Below, piece after piece: positions 1 through 16,724 of a stretch of DNA of 64,000 bases (positions within the stretch are counted from its first letter, which is position 1; each line of letters opens with the position of its first letter). The notes under the pieces were generated by a model. It saw only the letters and a list, made by a program, of their open reading frames with translations, was not told the origin of the DNA and ran no database searches. Source of the DNA: Planctomycetota bacterium (GTDB taxonomy: Bacteria; Planctomycetota; UBA8108; SXIK01); the NCBI GenBank assembly GCA_965223845.1, contig CBDCXR010000004.1:2496001-2560000 (forward strand). The letters are read 5' to 3'. Position numbers and translations under genes: made by a program.

Positions 1-1
1 A

Positions 2-1969
2 TTGATCGAGTCTCTCGCGATTTCGCCAGACCGCGAGGGAAACTCGACGACCGTACTCTCTCGGATCGCACCCGCGACAACCCTGACGATCGGGCAACGA
101 AACCTCGAGCGGAACGGGTGGACGATCTTCTTCGACAAGGTTCACACTCGACCGCACGAAACTCATCTCGTGCAGTTGGATCCGCAGCGCGTCCGGGTCG
201 AAAGCGTCGGTGAGGACCGTGTTCGAATCCGCATCGACAAACTGTCCGCGGCGTCGTTCGAGGGAGAGCTCGTCTTCACTCTCTACCCAGGCAGCCGCTT
301 GATCCACGTCGAGAGCGTGCTCACCACGAATGAGGACGCCCGCGCCATCGTCTACGACGCCGGTCTGGTCGGATCGTTCACCACGCCGAAGGCCCGCATA
401 GGTTGGATGGCAACCGGCGGTGAGATTCGCCGCCGGAGCGTCGACCCGGACGCCGTGTCCACTCCGCTCGCCGTTCGCCATCGCGCGATCGTCGCCGAAA
501 GCGGCGCGGGATCTGTCGCGGTGTTTCCCCCGCCTCACCAGTACTTCTATCCGCTCGACTTTTCCGACAACCTCGAATTCGTCTGGTACGGAGCGAGCCA
601 TCGCGGAGTCGAGGATCGGTTCGGAATCGGCATCCGCCACCGGTTGGAGGGCGATCGGCGCTTCGTGCCCTGGTTCAACGCGCCTCCCGGAACGAAGCAG
701 CGACTCGGCGTGTTCTACTTGCTTTCGCGCGGCGACACGGCGGTAGCCCTCGAGGAGGTAAAGCGCTACACCCGCGGCGATCGCTTCAAGCGCCTTCCCG
801 GCCACGTGACCTTCTCGAGCCACTATCACGTCGAGCACACCACCGACCTCATTCGGCGACAACCGCCGGGATTCGAGCTCACCGAGGACACCGTCGACGA
901 TGTGAAGATCCCCTCTGATCTCGAGCAACCCGGTTTCGTGAAGGTCTTTCGCGAAATGGGAGTCGACATCGTCCATCTCGCCGAGTTCCACTTCGGCCGA
1001 ACTCCGCGACTTTCGGCATCGGAGCGGTTGCCTCAGCTCGAGCTCATGCATCGCGAGTGCGCGCGTCTCTCCGACGATGGCTTCCTGCTCCTCCCGGGCG
1101 AGGAGCCGAACGTTCACTTCGGCGGGCACTGGATCAGCTTCTTTCCGAAGCCGATATTCTGGATCCTCAATCGCCCAGAAAGAGCGCCGTTCGTCGAGAC
1201 GCATCCCCGCTACGGATCCGTGTACCACGTCGGCAGCGCCGAAGACGTTCTCGCGCTTCTCGAGCGCGAGCGCGGCCTCGCGTGGACGGCGCACCCGCGC
1301 ATCAAGAGCTCGACCGGCTATCCCGATCGCTACCGCACGCGGGACTTCTACCGCTCCGATCGCTTTCTCGGCGCGGCTTGGAAAGCGATGCCCGCAGATC
1401 TTTCGTGGCCGAGGCTCGGAACCCGCGTCCTCGATCTCCAGGACGACATGGCCAACTGGGGAGGGGAGAAGTACATCCTCGGCGAGGTCGACGTGTTCAA
1501 GGTCAACCCGAACCACGAGCAGTACGCCCACATGAATATCAACTACCTGAGGACTTCGAAGGTTCCTCGGTTCGAAGACGGGTGGGCGACGATTCTCGAT
1601 CTCTTGCGCCGGGGCGAATACTTCGTCACGACCGGCGAGATCCTCATTCGCCAGTTCACGATCGACGGCAAGGAAAGCGGAGAACGATTGAGCCGCGATC
1701 GACCCGAGCGATCGAAGGTGTCGATCGATGTCGAGTGGACGTTTCCGCTCGCGTTCGCCGAGATCATCAGCGGCGACGGGGAGCGAACCCACCGTCAGCG
1801 AATCGACCTCACCGACACGCGTCCTTTCGGAGAACGCACGCTCGAGTTCGCCGCCCCGCTTCGCGGACGACGATGGGCGCGCGTCGAGGTATGGGACATC
1901 GCCGCGAACGGGGCGTTCACTATGCCGGTCTGGATCGGTGAGACGACTCCGGCGGACGCGCGGGATTGA
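2..1969 (+). CDS. PHP-like (CehA/McbA-type) metallohydrolase-domain protein, 5'-partial
   Basis: Frame is open from the window edge. Metal-ligand-like motifs SSHYH, HLAEFH, PGEEPN..GGHW and WTAHP, plus a C-terminal beta-sandwich ending WARVEVWDIAANGAFT. Confidence 0.6.
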   Translation: MIESLAISPDREGNSTTVLSRIAPATTLTIGQRNLERNGWTIFFDKVHTRPHETHLVQLDPQRVRVESVGEDRVRIRIDKLSAASFEGELVFTLYPGSRLIHVESVLTTNEDARAIVYDAGLVGSFTTPKARIGWMATGGEIRRRSVDPDAVSTPLAVRHRAIVAESGAGSVAVFPPPHQYFYPLDFSDNLEFVWYGASHRGVEDRFGIGIRHRLEGDRRFVPWFNAPPGTKQRLGVFYLLSRGDTAVALEEVKRYTRGDRFKRLPGHVTFSSHYHVEHTTDLIRRQPPGFELTEDTVDDVKIPSDLEQPGFVKVFREMGVDIVHLAEFHFGRTPRLSASERLPQLELMHRECARLSDDGFLLLPGEEPNVHFGGHWISFFPKPIFWILNRPERAPFVETHPRYGSVYHVGSAEDVLALLERERGLAWTAHPRIKSSTGYPDRYRTRDFYRSDRFLGAAWKAMPADLSWPRLGTRVLDLQDDMANWGGEKYILGEVDVFKVNPNHEQYAHMNINYLRTSKVPRFEDGWATILDLLRRGEYFVTTGEILIRQFTIDGKESGERLSRDRPERSKVSIDVEWTFPLAFAEIISGDGERTHRQRIDLTDTRPFGERTLEFAAPLRGRRWARVEVWDIAANGAFTMPVWIGETTPADARD

Positions 1970-1976
1970 CGGGCAC

Positions 1977-2678
1977 TTACCCTCCCGGGTTCAGCGAAAA
2001 CTCTCGCACTAGCCAGGGTTGCCAGAGCGCCGGCTCTGCACCGGTCGAATCGAGATTCGTATAGTCGGCCGCGCGGACCGCGTCCTCGAGGGCTGGAATC
2101 AATCCAAACTCGTTGAGCCGAATGCCGAGCTTCGTCGTGTAATCCTCCTGCAGGTAGTTGCAGGCAAAACAGTGGAAACTACCGTTCGCGACGTATTCTT
2201 CACCCAGTATGTCGAATCCTCGAACCACCGCGCTGTCGTCGCGGCAAACGAGGATGCGTTTCGAGAGGTTGTCCGAAATCCCGAACACGCTCTCTTTATC
2301 CAGGAATTCGTCCACGAACGGGTCGGGTAGCGAGATCTCGAGAAGCTTGACGTTCTCGACGCTGCGCAAGTAACGCTCGTAACAGCTTCTGGCTGACGCG
2401 AGAGTCAGAAACACGTCGCCGAAGCCGAATTCTCCCGCGTCATAGAGCGCGCGAGCCCAACGGAACATTTCGTCCGACCGTGAAGGCGGTAATTCGTTTC
2501 GCCAGTACGTTCGGTATTCGTCAGAGATTTCGTCCCAAGGAACATGGATGCAAGGTAGTAGGTCGCTGAGGCAACCCAGAATCCAGAATGGATCGGGGAG
2601 TAGTTCCGACGACGGTTTGCCGCCACGGACGAGAAAATACCCGCCGAGGAAGTAATCGGGCTGTGCGTCTTCGGTCAC
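1977..2678 (-). CDS. Hypothetical protein (233 aa)
   Basis: GTG start. Protein-like aromatic/acidic composition (GFDILG..FHCFACN..LNEFGLI..AEPALWQPW), unlike the Arg-rich shadow ORFs. Convergent with the gene at 2-1969. Confidence 0.7.
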   Translation of the reverse strand: MTEDAQPDYFLGGYFLVRGGKPSSELLPDPFWILGCLSDLLPCIHVPWDEISDEYRTYWRNELPPSRSDEMFRWARALYDAGEFGFGDVFLTLASARSCYERYLRSVENVKLLEISLPDPFVDEFLDKESVFGISDNLSKRILVCRDDSAVVRGFDILGEEYVANGSFHCFACNYLQEDYTTKLGIRLNEFGLIPALEDAVRAADYTNLDSTGAEPALWQPWLVREFSLNPGG

Positions 2679-2792
2679 TTCGACTCCCAGGATCGAATCC
2701 TCAACGGAGTTTCTCCGCGGTCGTCGAGTCGGCTCGGTCGCTGCCTCTGGCGATCGGTAAGTCGCCGCTCCTCCATCTTCGCCGAAATTCCT

Positions 2793-2821
2793 TGAGGGGC
2801 TCGCACCGGATACGGCGCATT
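2793..2821 (+). promoter_or_regulatory. Candidate ECF-type promoter (TGAGG-N18-CGCATT) for the 2912-7773 operon
   Basis: Bipartite motif about 90 nt upstream of ATG 2912, after an A/T patch (GAAATTCC). Assignment to the ECF is inference only. Confidence 0.3.
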
Positions 2822-2911
2822 GCGAGATAGCCCGTCTGAATCGCCGGCTCGGTTCGGTGCGGATCTCCTGCGATCCAGCGGATTTCGATCATAAGCCAAG
2901 GGAGCCCGACC

Positions 2912-4126
2912 ATGTCACAGCAGAATCTCTTCGTCTCCTCGCTCATCGGGATTCTCGTCCTCGGTGTCGTCGCACTCGGATTCGTAGCGCTCAGCGACCC
3001 ACCACCACCCGATCCCGAAGCCTACGTCGCACGGACCGATCACGACGATCTCCTCGCCCGAAACATCGAGCTGCAGGACCTTTTCGATCGATCCCAGGAA
3101 GAGAACGCCGAGCTCGCTGAGAAGCGAAAGGAGCTCGAGTCTCGCGTGGCCGAGCTCAAGGCCGAGCTGCACGTCGAACACGAGCGCGCCGCCGCCGAGG
3201 CGGAGGCGGAGCTCGCTGCGAACGCGTCGAACGTCCCGATCGCGTTCGGACAGTGGGCCGAGCTCGAGGGCGTCAAGAACGCGAACTGGCCGGAAATGGG
3301 TGAAGCCATCGGGAACATGAACGCACTCATGGTCGAGCTCGTCGCGAGCATGCAGAACGGTGAAGTTCCGAGCGCCGAGCTGCAGGAGAAGATCCGCGAA
3401 GAGAACAACAAGCTCGTTCGCTACGCAGCTCAAGTGATGGGAAAGATCCCGACGCACTCCCCGATCAACGGCGAGTTCAGTCACCCCATCACGGTCGCGA
3501 ATCTCATCGACTCCGTGTTGGAGGGCACGGAGCTCGCACTGAATGAGGATCAGCGAGCCGCAATCGCCAGCTTCGGCGAAGACTACGACCGCGGCTTCGA
3601 TCGTCTCCAGTCGACGTACTCCGACGAGACCACCCGACTCGAAAAGCTCATCGATGAGCTCGAGCTCAAGCGAGACACGAAGCGCAGCATGGAAAGCGTG
3701 CTCACGCCCGATCAGCGCGAGCTTCTCACGCCCGCTGCAATCCGTGATCGTTCGCAAGTCGACCCTCTCTCCCCCGCGGTGATGACCGCGATGATCGCCG
3801 GTGCCAAGAACGTGAAGTCCGTCGACGAGCTTCGCGGTAGACTACCGGAGTACCTGGGCGAGTGGTTCGGGATCAAGAACGTCGCGCCCGAAACGCTCGG
3901 TGCGATCGCCGACTCTTGGATGGAGGAGATGCGGCCGATTCTGACTCCCGTCGAGAGAGCCACCAAGTTTCTCGAGCTCGACCAGACGATCACCGCGGGA
4001 AGAGCGCAGGTGAACGCGATGAAGCAGCTGCTCAGTCTCCAGGACCTAGACGAAAAGGCGCGAAAGGCAATCCTCAATCACATGGGCTGGCGCGTTCCGC
4101 AGGTCGTGGAAGCCTCCCCCGAATGA
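2912..4126 (+). CDS. Membrane-anchored coiled-coil protein with a ~290-aa helical domain paralogous to the kinase's extracytoplasmic domain
   Basis: N-terminal hydrophobic helix (LFVSSLIGILVLGVVALGFVAL), E/K/A-rich coiled coil, then PIAFG...WRVPQV, which aligns without gaps to kinase nt 6274-7143. Stop overlaps the ECF start (ATGA). Confidence 0.85.
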   Translation: MSQQNLFVSSLIGILVLGVVALGFVALSDPPPPDPEAYVARTDHDDLLARNIELQDLFDRSQEENAELAEKRKELESRVAELKAELHVEHERAAAEAEAELAANASNVPIAFGQWAELEGVKNANWPEMGEAIGNMNALMVELVASMQNGEVPSAELQEKIREENNKLVRYAAQVMGKIPTHSPINGEFSHPITVANLIDSVLEGTELALNEDQRAAIASFGEDYDRGFDRLQSTYSDETTRLEKLIDELELKRDTKRSMESVLTPDQRELLTPAAIRDRSQVDPLSPAVMTAMIAGAKNVKSVDELRGRLPEYLGEWFGIKNVAPETLGAIADSWMEEMRPILTPVERATKFLELDQTITAGRAQVNAMKQLLSLQDLDEKARKAILNHMGWRVPQVVEASPE

Positions 4127-4701
4127 GCGATGTGACGCGCATTTTGAGCGCGATCGAGCAAGGCGACCCGAAGGCTTCGGCAGAGCTTCTTCCGATCGTG
4201 TACGACGAGCTGCGTCGTCTATCCGCTCAGCGCCTCGCCCGAGAAGGATCGCAGACGCTCGAAGCGACCGACCTCGTTCACGAGGCCTACCTTCGACTCG
4301 TCGGCGGAAAGCACACCGGCGAGCAGCCGAGCTGGGATAACCGCGGGCACTTCTTCGCGGCAGCGGCGGAAGCGATGCGGCGCATCCTCATCGACCGAGC
4401 GCGGAAGCGCCAGCGGCTCAAGCGCGGCGGAGGCCGCGAGCAACACTCGCTGAGCGAGAGTGACTTCGCCGTCGAATCGTCCGGAATCGATATCATCGCG
4501 CTCGACGAGGCGCTCTCGCGACTCAGCGAAGAGGACGGCAGGAAAGCGGAATTGGTCAAGCTGCGTTTCTTCGCGGGGCTGACGACCGAAGAAGCCGCGG
4601 CCGTTCTCGACGTTTCGCGAGCGACGGCCGAACGCTACTGGGCGTACTCCCGCGCTTGGCTCTACCACGAGCTCATGAAAGGCGACACGCGCATCGGCTG
4701 A
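4123..4701 (+). CDS. ECF sigma-70 factor (TIGR02999-like, kinase-associated)
   Basis: MSDVTRILSAIEQGD..LLPIVYDELRRL..TLEATDLVHEAYLRL..HFFAAAAEAMRRILID..LVKLRFFAGLT..W.YSRAWL. Real start is ATG 4123, not 3862. Confidence 0.93.
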   Translation: MSDVTRILSAIEQGDPKASAELLPIVYDELRRLSAQRLAREGSQTLEATDLVHEAYLRLVGGKHTGEQPSWDNRGHFFAAAAEAMRRILIDRARKRQRLKRGGGREQHSLSESDFAVESSGIDIIALDEALSRLSEEDGRKAELVKLRFFAGLTTEEAAAVLDVSRATAERYWAYSRAWLYHELMKGDTRIG

Positions 4702-4764
4702 CGGTTGGACACCCGCGATTCAGCGAGCGCAGTGCGAGACGGAACGATCCCTGAGGTCCCGACC

Positions 4765-7773
<3,009 letters not shown>

Positions 7774-7895
7774 TCTCCGGCTCGGCGATCCCATCGGACC
7801 GGGAGGACTGCCCGACCCTCGTCGCATGGTATCCTCTCTTCGTCGAGGGCAGCCTGATTCGGCAAGACGACGACTCCCACCGAGAGAACGGCCGC

Positions 7896-9113
7896 ATGCG
7901 CACCTTTTTGTCTGATTTCGTCGCGCTCTCCGCGTTGTTGTTTACGAGCTCGCTCACGGCCGGCGATGAAGCAACTCGCCCGCTCGCAGATACCGTGCGC
8001 GGGCCAGTTCGCGTGTTCATTCTCGCCGGCCAATCCAACATGGAAGGAAAGGCGCTCGCGAGCACACTCGAGCCGCTTCTCCGCGATGAAGAAACACGCG
8101 AGCGCTTTCGGCATCTCAAATCGGGCGGCGAGTGGACGGCTAGGAACGACGTCTGGGTCACCTATCTCGATCGTCGCGGTCGGGGCGGGACGCCGCTTCC
8201 CGTTCACGGCCCCCTCAGCATCGGATTCGGTGGCTACAGGGTCGTGCGCGACAAAGACGGAAAGCGCCGTTCGGCACCGACGATCGGGCCCGAGCTCGGG
8301 ATCGGACACGTTCTCGGAGACCATTTCGCCGAGCCGGTCTTGCTGATCAAGATCGCTTGGGGTGGCCGTGCGGTGAAGCACAGCTTTCGTCCCCCGAGCG
8401 CCCCACCGACCGACGACGAAGTCCGCGCGCGCCTCGCTCAGGTCCGCCGCAAAGATCCCGATCGGACGTTCGCTGACTTGAAGAAGTCGTACGGAAGCGA
8501 CTACCGAAAGATGCTCTCCGAAACGCGGCGCGTGCTCGACGAGATCGCCACCTACGTGCCGATGCACGATGCGGACGCCGGCTACGAGATCAGCGGATTG
8601 ATCTGGTTTCAGGGCTGGAACGACGGCGTCGGCAAGGGAAACCCCGACTACGTCGAGCAGCTCGCATGCTTCGTTCGCGATATCCGAAAGGACCTCGATC
8701 GGCCGGAGCTCCCGTTCGTGATCGGCGAGCTCGGAGTCGACGGCCCCGGCGCGACGGGTTGGATCCGGACGTTCCGCGACCAGCAAGCTGCCGTCGCCGC
8801 GCTTCCGGAGTGGAAGGGAACGGTTCGTCTCGCGAAGACCGCACCTTATTGGGACACCGGTCCGTCGTGGATGGCCGGGAAGTGGGATGAGTTTCGGGAG
8901 GCCGCCCGCGCGAACGAGGCCAAACCGGCAGACGACCCGTCGCGTGTCGATCCCCGGCAATTCTTTCGCAAGAACTGGCTCGAAAAGTACGCGAAGGGAC
9001 TCGCCTACACATCCGACCGGCGCTACCACTACAACGGCTCGGGCCGAAGCTATTACGAGATGGGCCAGTCGATGGCGCGCACGATGCTCGAGATCCTCAA
9101 CTCGAAGAACTGA
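7896..9113 (+). CDS. Secreted sialate O-acetylesterase-like (SASA/CE6, SGNH) protein
   Basis: Signal peptide. VFILAGQSNMEG, IGPELGIG, IKIAWGG, WFQGWND and DRRYHYNG motifs. Confidence 0.85.
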   Translation: MRTFLSDFVALSALLFTSSLTAGDEATRPLADTVRGPVRVFILAGQSNMEGKALASTLEPLLRDEETRERFRHLKSGGEWTARNDVWVTYLDRRGRGGTPLPVHGPLSIGFGGYRVVRDKDGKRRSAPTIGPELGIGHVLGDHFAEPVLLIKIAWGGRAVKHSFRPPSAPPTDDEVRARLAQVRRKDPDRTFADLKKSYGSDYRKMLSETRRVLDEIATYVPMHDADAGYEISGLIWFQGWNDGVGKGNPDYVEQLACFVRDIRKDLDRPELPFVIGELGVDGPGATGWIRTFRDQQAAVAALPEWKGTVRLAKTAPYWDTGPSWMAGKWDEFREAARANEAKPADDPSRVDPRQFFRKNWLEKYAKGLAYTSDRRYHYNGSGRSYYEMGQSMARTMLEILNSKN

Positions 9114-9180
9114 ATCTCGTGGCGAGTGAGCGCGCCTTACGCTGCCGCTCCCTCGCCGTCGATCGCGTTCTTCTCGAGGC

Positions 9181-13566
<4,386 letters not shown>

Positions 13567-13641
13567 CCCCGTCCGACACCCCTCCCCGGGCTCGGCCCCC
13601 GCCGGCCGCGACTCACGACCACCGCCCCCTCGCCGCACGGA

Positions 13642-15027
13642 TCACGGCGAGTAGTAGTTGTGGCACTGCTTCAGTCGCCGGTAGTTCCGCGACGTCCACA
13701 GCCGCTCCTCGTCCGGACGAGAATTCGGCGCACGGTTGTGCAGGATCCTAAGCCGGTTCCGCTCTAGGACGAGGATCTCCTCGCGCCAGTCGCCGAGAAC
13801 ATCGGCTACGTAGAGGCGATCGGCCTCGGCGGGAATTCGAGCGACGAACTTACCGCTCATCGGTGCGAAGAGGGCCACATGGCCGCTTCGATGACGCTCT
13901 TTGGCACAGGCGAGCTGACGTTTCTCCCCCGTCCAATCGATCGTGTGGATGACCTCGATCCCGCGCGCTGTCCAGCCCTCGGGTGCGACGTCGTCGAGTG
14001 CGTAGTCGAAGACCTTCACTCCGTCTTCGTCGAAGACGAACGGAGTTTGATGCTCGTTGTGGCGAGAACGGCACCAGATAAAGACCGACTTCCCGTCACC
14101 AAATCGTCCGACCGCGGCGTTCTGTGGCTCCTGTCCGCGAAACTGCTCACGCCAGATCGGCCCCTTCAGCCCGATCACTTGCACGTAGTTCGACCCTTCC
14201 TCGAGGAGGACGACCTCGAGTCCCGGAAGATCCGGGCGAACATCCGCGACGAACGCGCTGTCCATGTGTCCGCGAAACTTCGCCGCGCGAGAGATCGTCG
14301 CTCCGTCCGGCCCGAGAATCTCGACGCCGATGACTTCGTCGCGTCCGTCACCGTCAAGATCGGCGAGCCGCGCTCCGTTGTGCGCGCAGCTTTCAAAGTC
14401 ATCGCGCCGCCAGAGTGGCGGCTTCCCGGCGATGAGCGCGTCGTAGGAGTACGCCGCGAGGTATCGACCGGTGCGGTATCCTTTTCGATTCGTCGCCTGC
14501 AGGAGGAGATCGCGGTCCTCTCCCGTGCCACGAAAATCAGCGACGGCGACGAGCTCCTGGCGCTCCGCCCCGCTCGGGACGGGCGGACGCGCCGTCGCCT
14601 CGTCACGACCCGTCGCTCCGTCGACGACGCGAAGCACACCGTCCTTCTTGAGGTAGAGCACCTCGACGCGGCCATCGCCATCGACGTCGCCCGCGGCGAC
14701 GCCCGGTCCGTGGTGTCCGGGTAGACCGCGACTCTCCGATTGACCGCCGACGACCACGTCGGTCGCGTGAGACCAGAGTTTCCGCCCCGAAGTCGTGTAG
14801 GCGGCGACGTGACCGGTGCACGTCACAAGGATCTCGGGGCGATCGTCCCCATCGAGATCGGCGGCGACGATTCCCCCCGCCGAGTCGTCGGAGCTCGCGG
14901 GACCGGGAATGTCGAGCTCGATCTCGCTCTCGCCGATCTCGATCTCGGACTCGGCTCGTACGAACTCAGCGAGGACCAGCGGGAACAACAGGACCATGAC
15001 TCCTCGGACGAGGCATCGAGTCGACAT
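13642..15027 (-). CDS. Secreted FG-GAP-repeat beta-propeller, rhamnogalacturonan-lyase(PL11)-like
   Basis: Repeated DxDGDGxxE Ca-binding blades (ADLDGDDRPEI, GDVDGDGRVEV, ADLDGDGRDEV, ADVLGDWREEI), HNGARLAD and GHMDS. Signal peptide. Confidence 0.65.
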   Translation of the reverse strand: MSTRCLVRGVMVLLFPLVLAEFVRAESEIEIGESEIELDIPGPASSDDSAGGIVAADLDGDDRPEILVTCTGHVAAYTTSGRKLWSHATDVVVGGQSESRGLPGHHGPGVAAGDVDGDGRVEVLYLKKDGVLRVVDGATGRDEATARPPVPSGAERQELVAVADFRGTGEDRDLLLQATNRKGYRTGRYLAAYSYDALIAGKPPLWRRDDFESCAHNGARLADLDGDGRDEVIGVEILGPDGATISRAAKFRGHMDSAFVADVRPDLPGLEVVLLEEGSNYVQVIGLKGPIWREQFRGQEPQNAAVGRFGDGKSVFIWCRSRHNEHQTPFVFDEDGVKVFDYALDDVAPEGWTARGIEVIHTIDWTGEKRQLACAKERHRSGHVALFAPMSGKFVARIPAEADRLYVADVLGDWREEILVLERNRLRILHNRAPNSRPDEERLWTSRNYRRLKQCHNYYSP

Positions 15028-15034
15028 CGCGAGT

Positions 15035-16564
15035 TCACTCCGTCTCGTTCGGCGCCGGGGGGCCAGATCGACCGTCGTAGAGGGGAAGCGGAAAGATGGG
15101 ATTCGGCACGCGCTCCTTCAAGAAGAGCGACTCGAGCCTCGCCACGATCTCCGGGTGCTCGGTCGCGAGATCCGCGGTCTCCTTCGCGTCCGCGTCGAGA
15201 TCGTAGAGTTCCCACGCGGACGGTTTCGTTCGCCTCAGGTTTCGACGCACGGCCTTCCACTTCCCGTCGCGAACGGCGGCGATCCCGCCGTAACCGTGGA
15301 AGTCCCAGATCATCGGCCGCGCGCGCGACGGAGCCGGTTCGCCGCGAAGTACGGGGCCGAGATCGATTCCGTCGAGAGTCTGACCGGTCGGGAGTTGCGC
15401 GCCCGCGATTCGACAGAGCGTCGGAAACCAATCGGGGAAGTACGACGGAAAGTTCGAGACGCTGCCTTGCTCCACGCGACCGGGCCAGCGAACGATGCAT
15501 GGAATGCGGATCCCACCCTCGTAGCAGCTTCCCTTGTAGCCGCGAAGGCCACCCGTCGACGCGAAGAACGTGCACGCCGCGCCGCCGACGTGAAAACGCG
15601 GCTCTCGACCTCCGTGCGTTGCACCGTTGTCGGACGTAAAGACGACGAGCGTCTCGTCGGTGAGACCGTGGGACTCGAGTCGAGCGAGAACCGTGCCGAC
15701 GTGTTCGTCGAGGTCCGAGATCATCGCGGCGTACGCCGCGCGTGGGCGCGGGTGCGGGAGGTAGGCGTTCTCTCCTCGGTAGACTCCGTTCTCTTCGTCC
15801 CATTCCGAAGGATACCGCTGGACCCACTCCTCGGGCGGTTGCATCGCGACGTGGGGCTCGACGAACGGCAGGTAGAGGAAGAAGGGGCGGTCCTTGTTCG
15901 CATCGAGAAAGCGGAGGGCTTCCTTGAGAATTAGATCCGGTGCATAACTCTCCGCTCGGTAATCTTCGGCGCGCACCTCGCCCTCAGGTTTTCGATCGTG
16001 ACCGGGAATCGGGTACTTGTTGATCCGCACCTCGCGCTCGTCGCTGTCAAGAAACGGAGGGTAATAGCTGTGGGCGTTTCGCTGGCAGTTGTACCCGTAG
16101 TAGCGATCGAATCCCTGACGGATCGGCGAGCCCGATGTGTTCGATGGCCCGAGGCCCCACTTTCCGAAGGCGCCCGTCGCATAGCCCGCGCTCTTCAGTG
16201 ATTCGGCGAGAGTCACGATGCCGGCGGAGATCGGCCACTGTCCCGGAAAGATGCGCCCGTTCCCCGAGTCACGATTCCCGCGGATCTCCGCGCGTCCGAG
16301 GTGCTGCCCGGTGAGGAGGACGCACCGAGCGGGCGCGCACACCGGTGCCCCCGTGTAGTGCTGGGTGAACCGCATTCCTTCCGATGCGAGTCGGTCGAGA
16401 TGCGGTGTTCGAATCTTTTCTTGTCCGTAGCACCCGAGCTCGCCGTAGCCGAGATCGTCGGCGAGGATGAAGACGATGTTCATCGGCGCTCCGGAGAGAC
16501 TGGCGAACGGCGACGCAGCCAATACGATAGCGACGACAAGAATGCGCGAGAGGGGGGCGGACAC
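15035..16564 (-). CDS. Arylsulfatase (formylglycine-dependent, Cys-type)
   Basis: NIVFILADDLGYGELG, CAPARCVLLTG (CxPxR), GKWGLG, FTSDNG, KGSCYEGGIRIP, ELYDL. Signal peptide. Confidence 0.95.
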   Translation of the reverse strand: MSAPLSRILVVAIVLAASPFASLSGAPMNIVFILADDLGYGELGCYGQEKIRTPHLDRLASEGMRFTQHYTGAPVCAPARCVLLTGQHLGRAEIRGNRDSGNGRIFPGQWPISAGIVTLAESLKSAGYATGAFGKWGLGPSNTSGSPIRQGFDRYYGYNCQRNAHSYYPPFLDSDEREVRINKYPIPGHDRKPEGEVRAEDYRAESYAPDLILKEALRFLDANKDRPFFLYLPFVEPHVAMQPPEEWVQRYPSEWDEENGVYRGENAYLPHPRPRAAYAAMISDLDEHVGTVLARLESHGLTDETLVVFTSDNGATHGGREPRFHVGGAACTFFASTGGLRGYKGSCYEGGIRIPCIVRWPGRVEQGSVSNFPSYFPDWFPTLCRIAGAQLPTGQTLDGIDLGPVLRGEPAPSRARPMIWDFHGYGGIAAVRDGKWKAVRRNLRRTKPSAWELYDLDADAKETADLATEHPEIVARLESLFLKERVPNPIFPLPLYDGRSGPPAPNETE

Positions 16565-16724
16565 GGCGGTGGCCTCGTCGGGTCGGCGAGTTTTCGATCA
16601 GCGACAGTCGGCAGCTAGTATCGCCGCGTCCGAGCGACGGAGCAATCGCGGGGATCGCTCGAGATCGCCGATCGAGAGTCTCAGTCGACCGCCGTTTGTC
16701 GCCGTCGAAGACTAGAGGACGATC

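Noticed and set aside
2675-2946. Small minus-strand ORFs 2675-2899 and 2701-2946
   Set aside because: Arg-rich with no motif, and they occupy the divergent promoter region.
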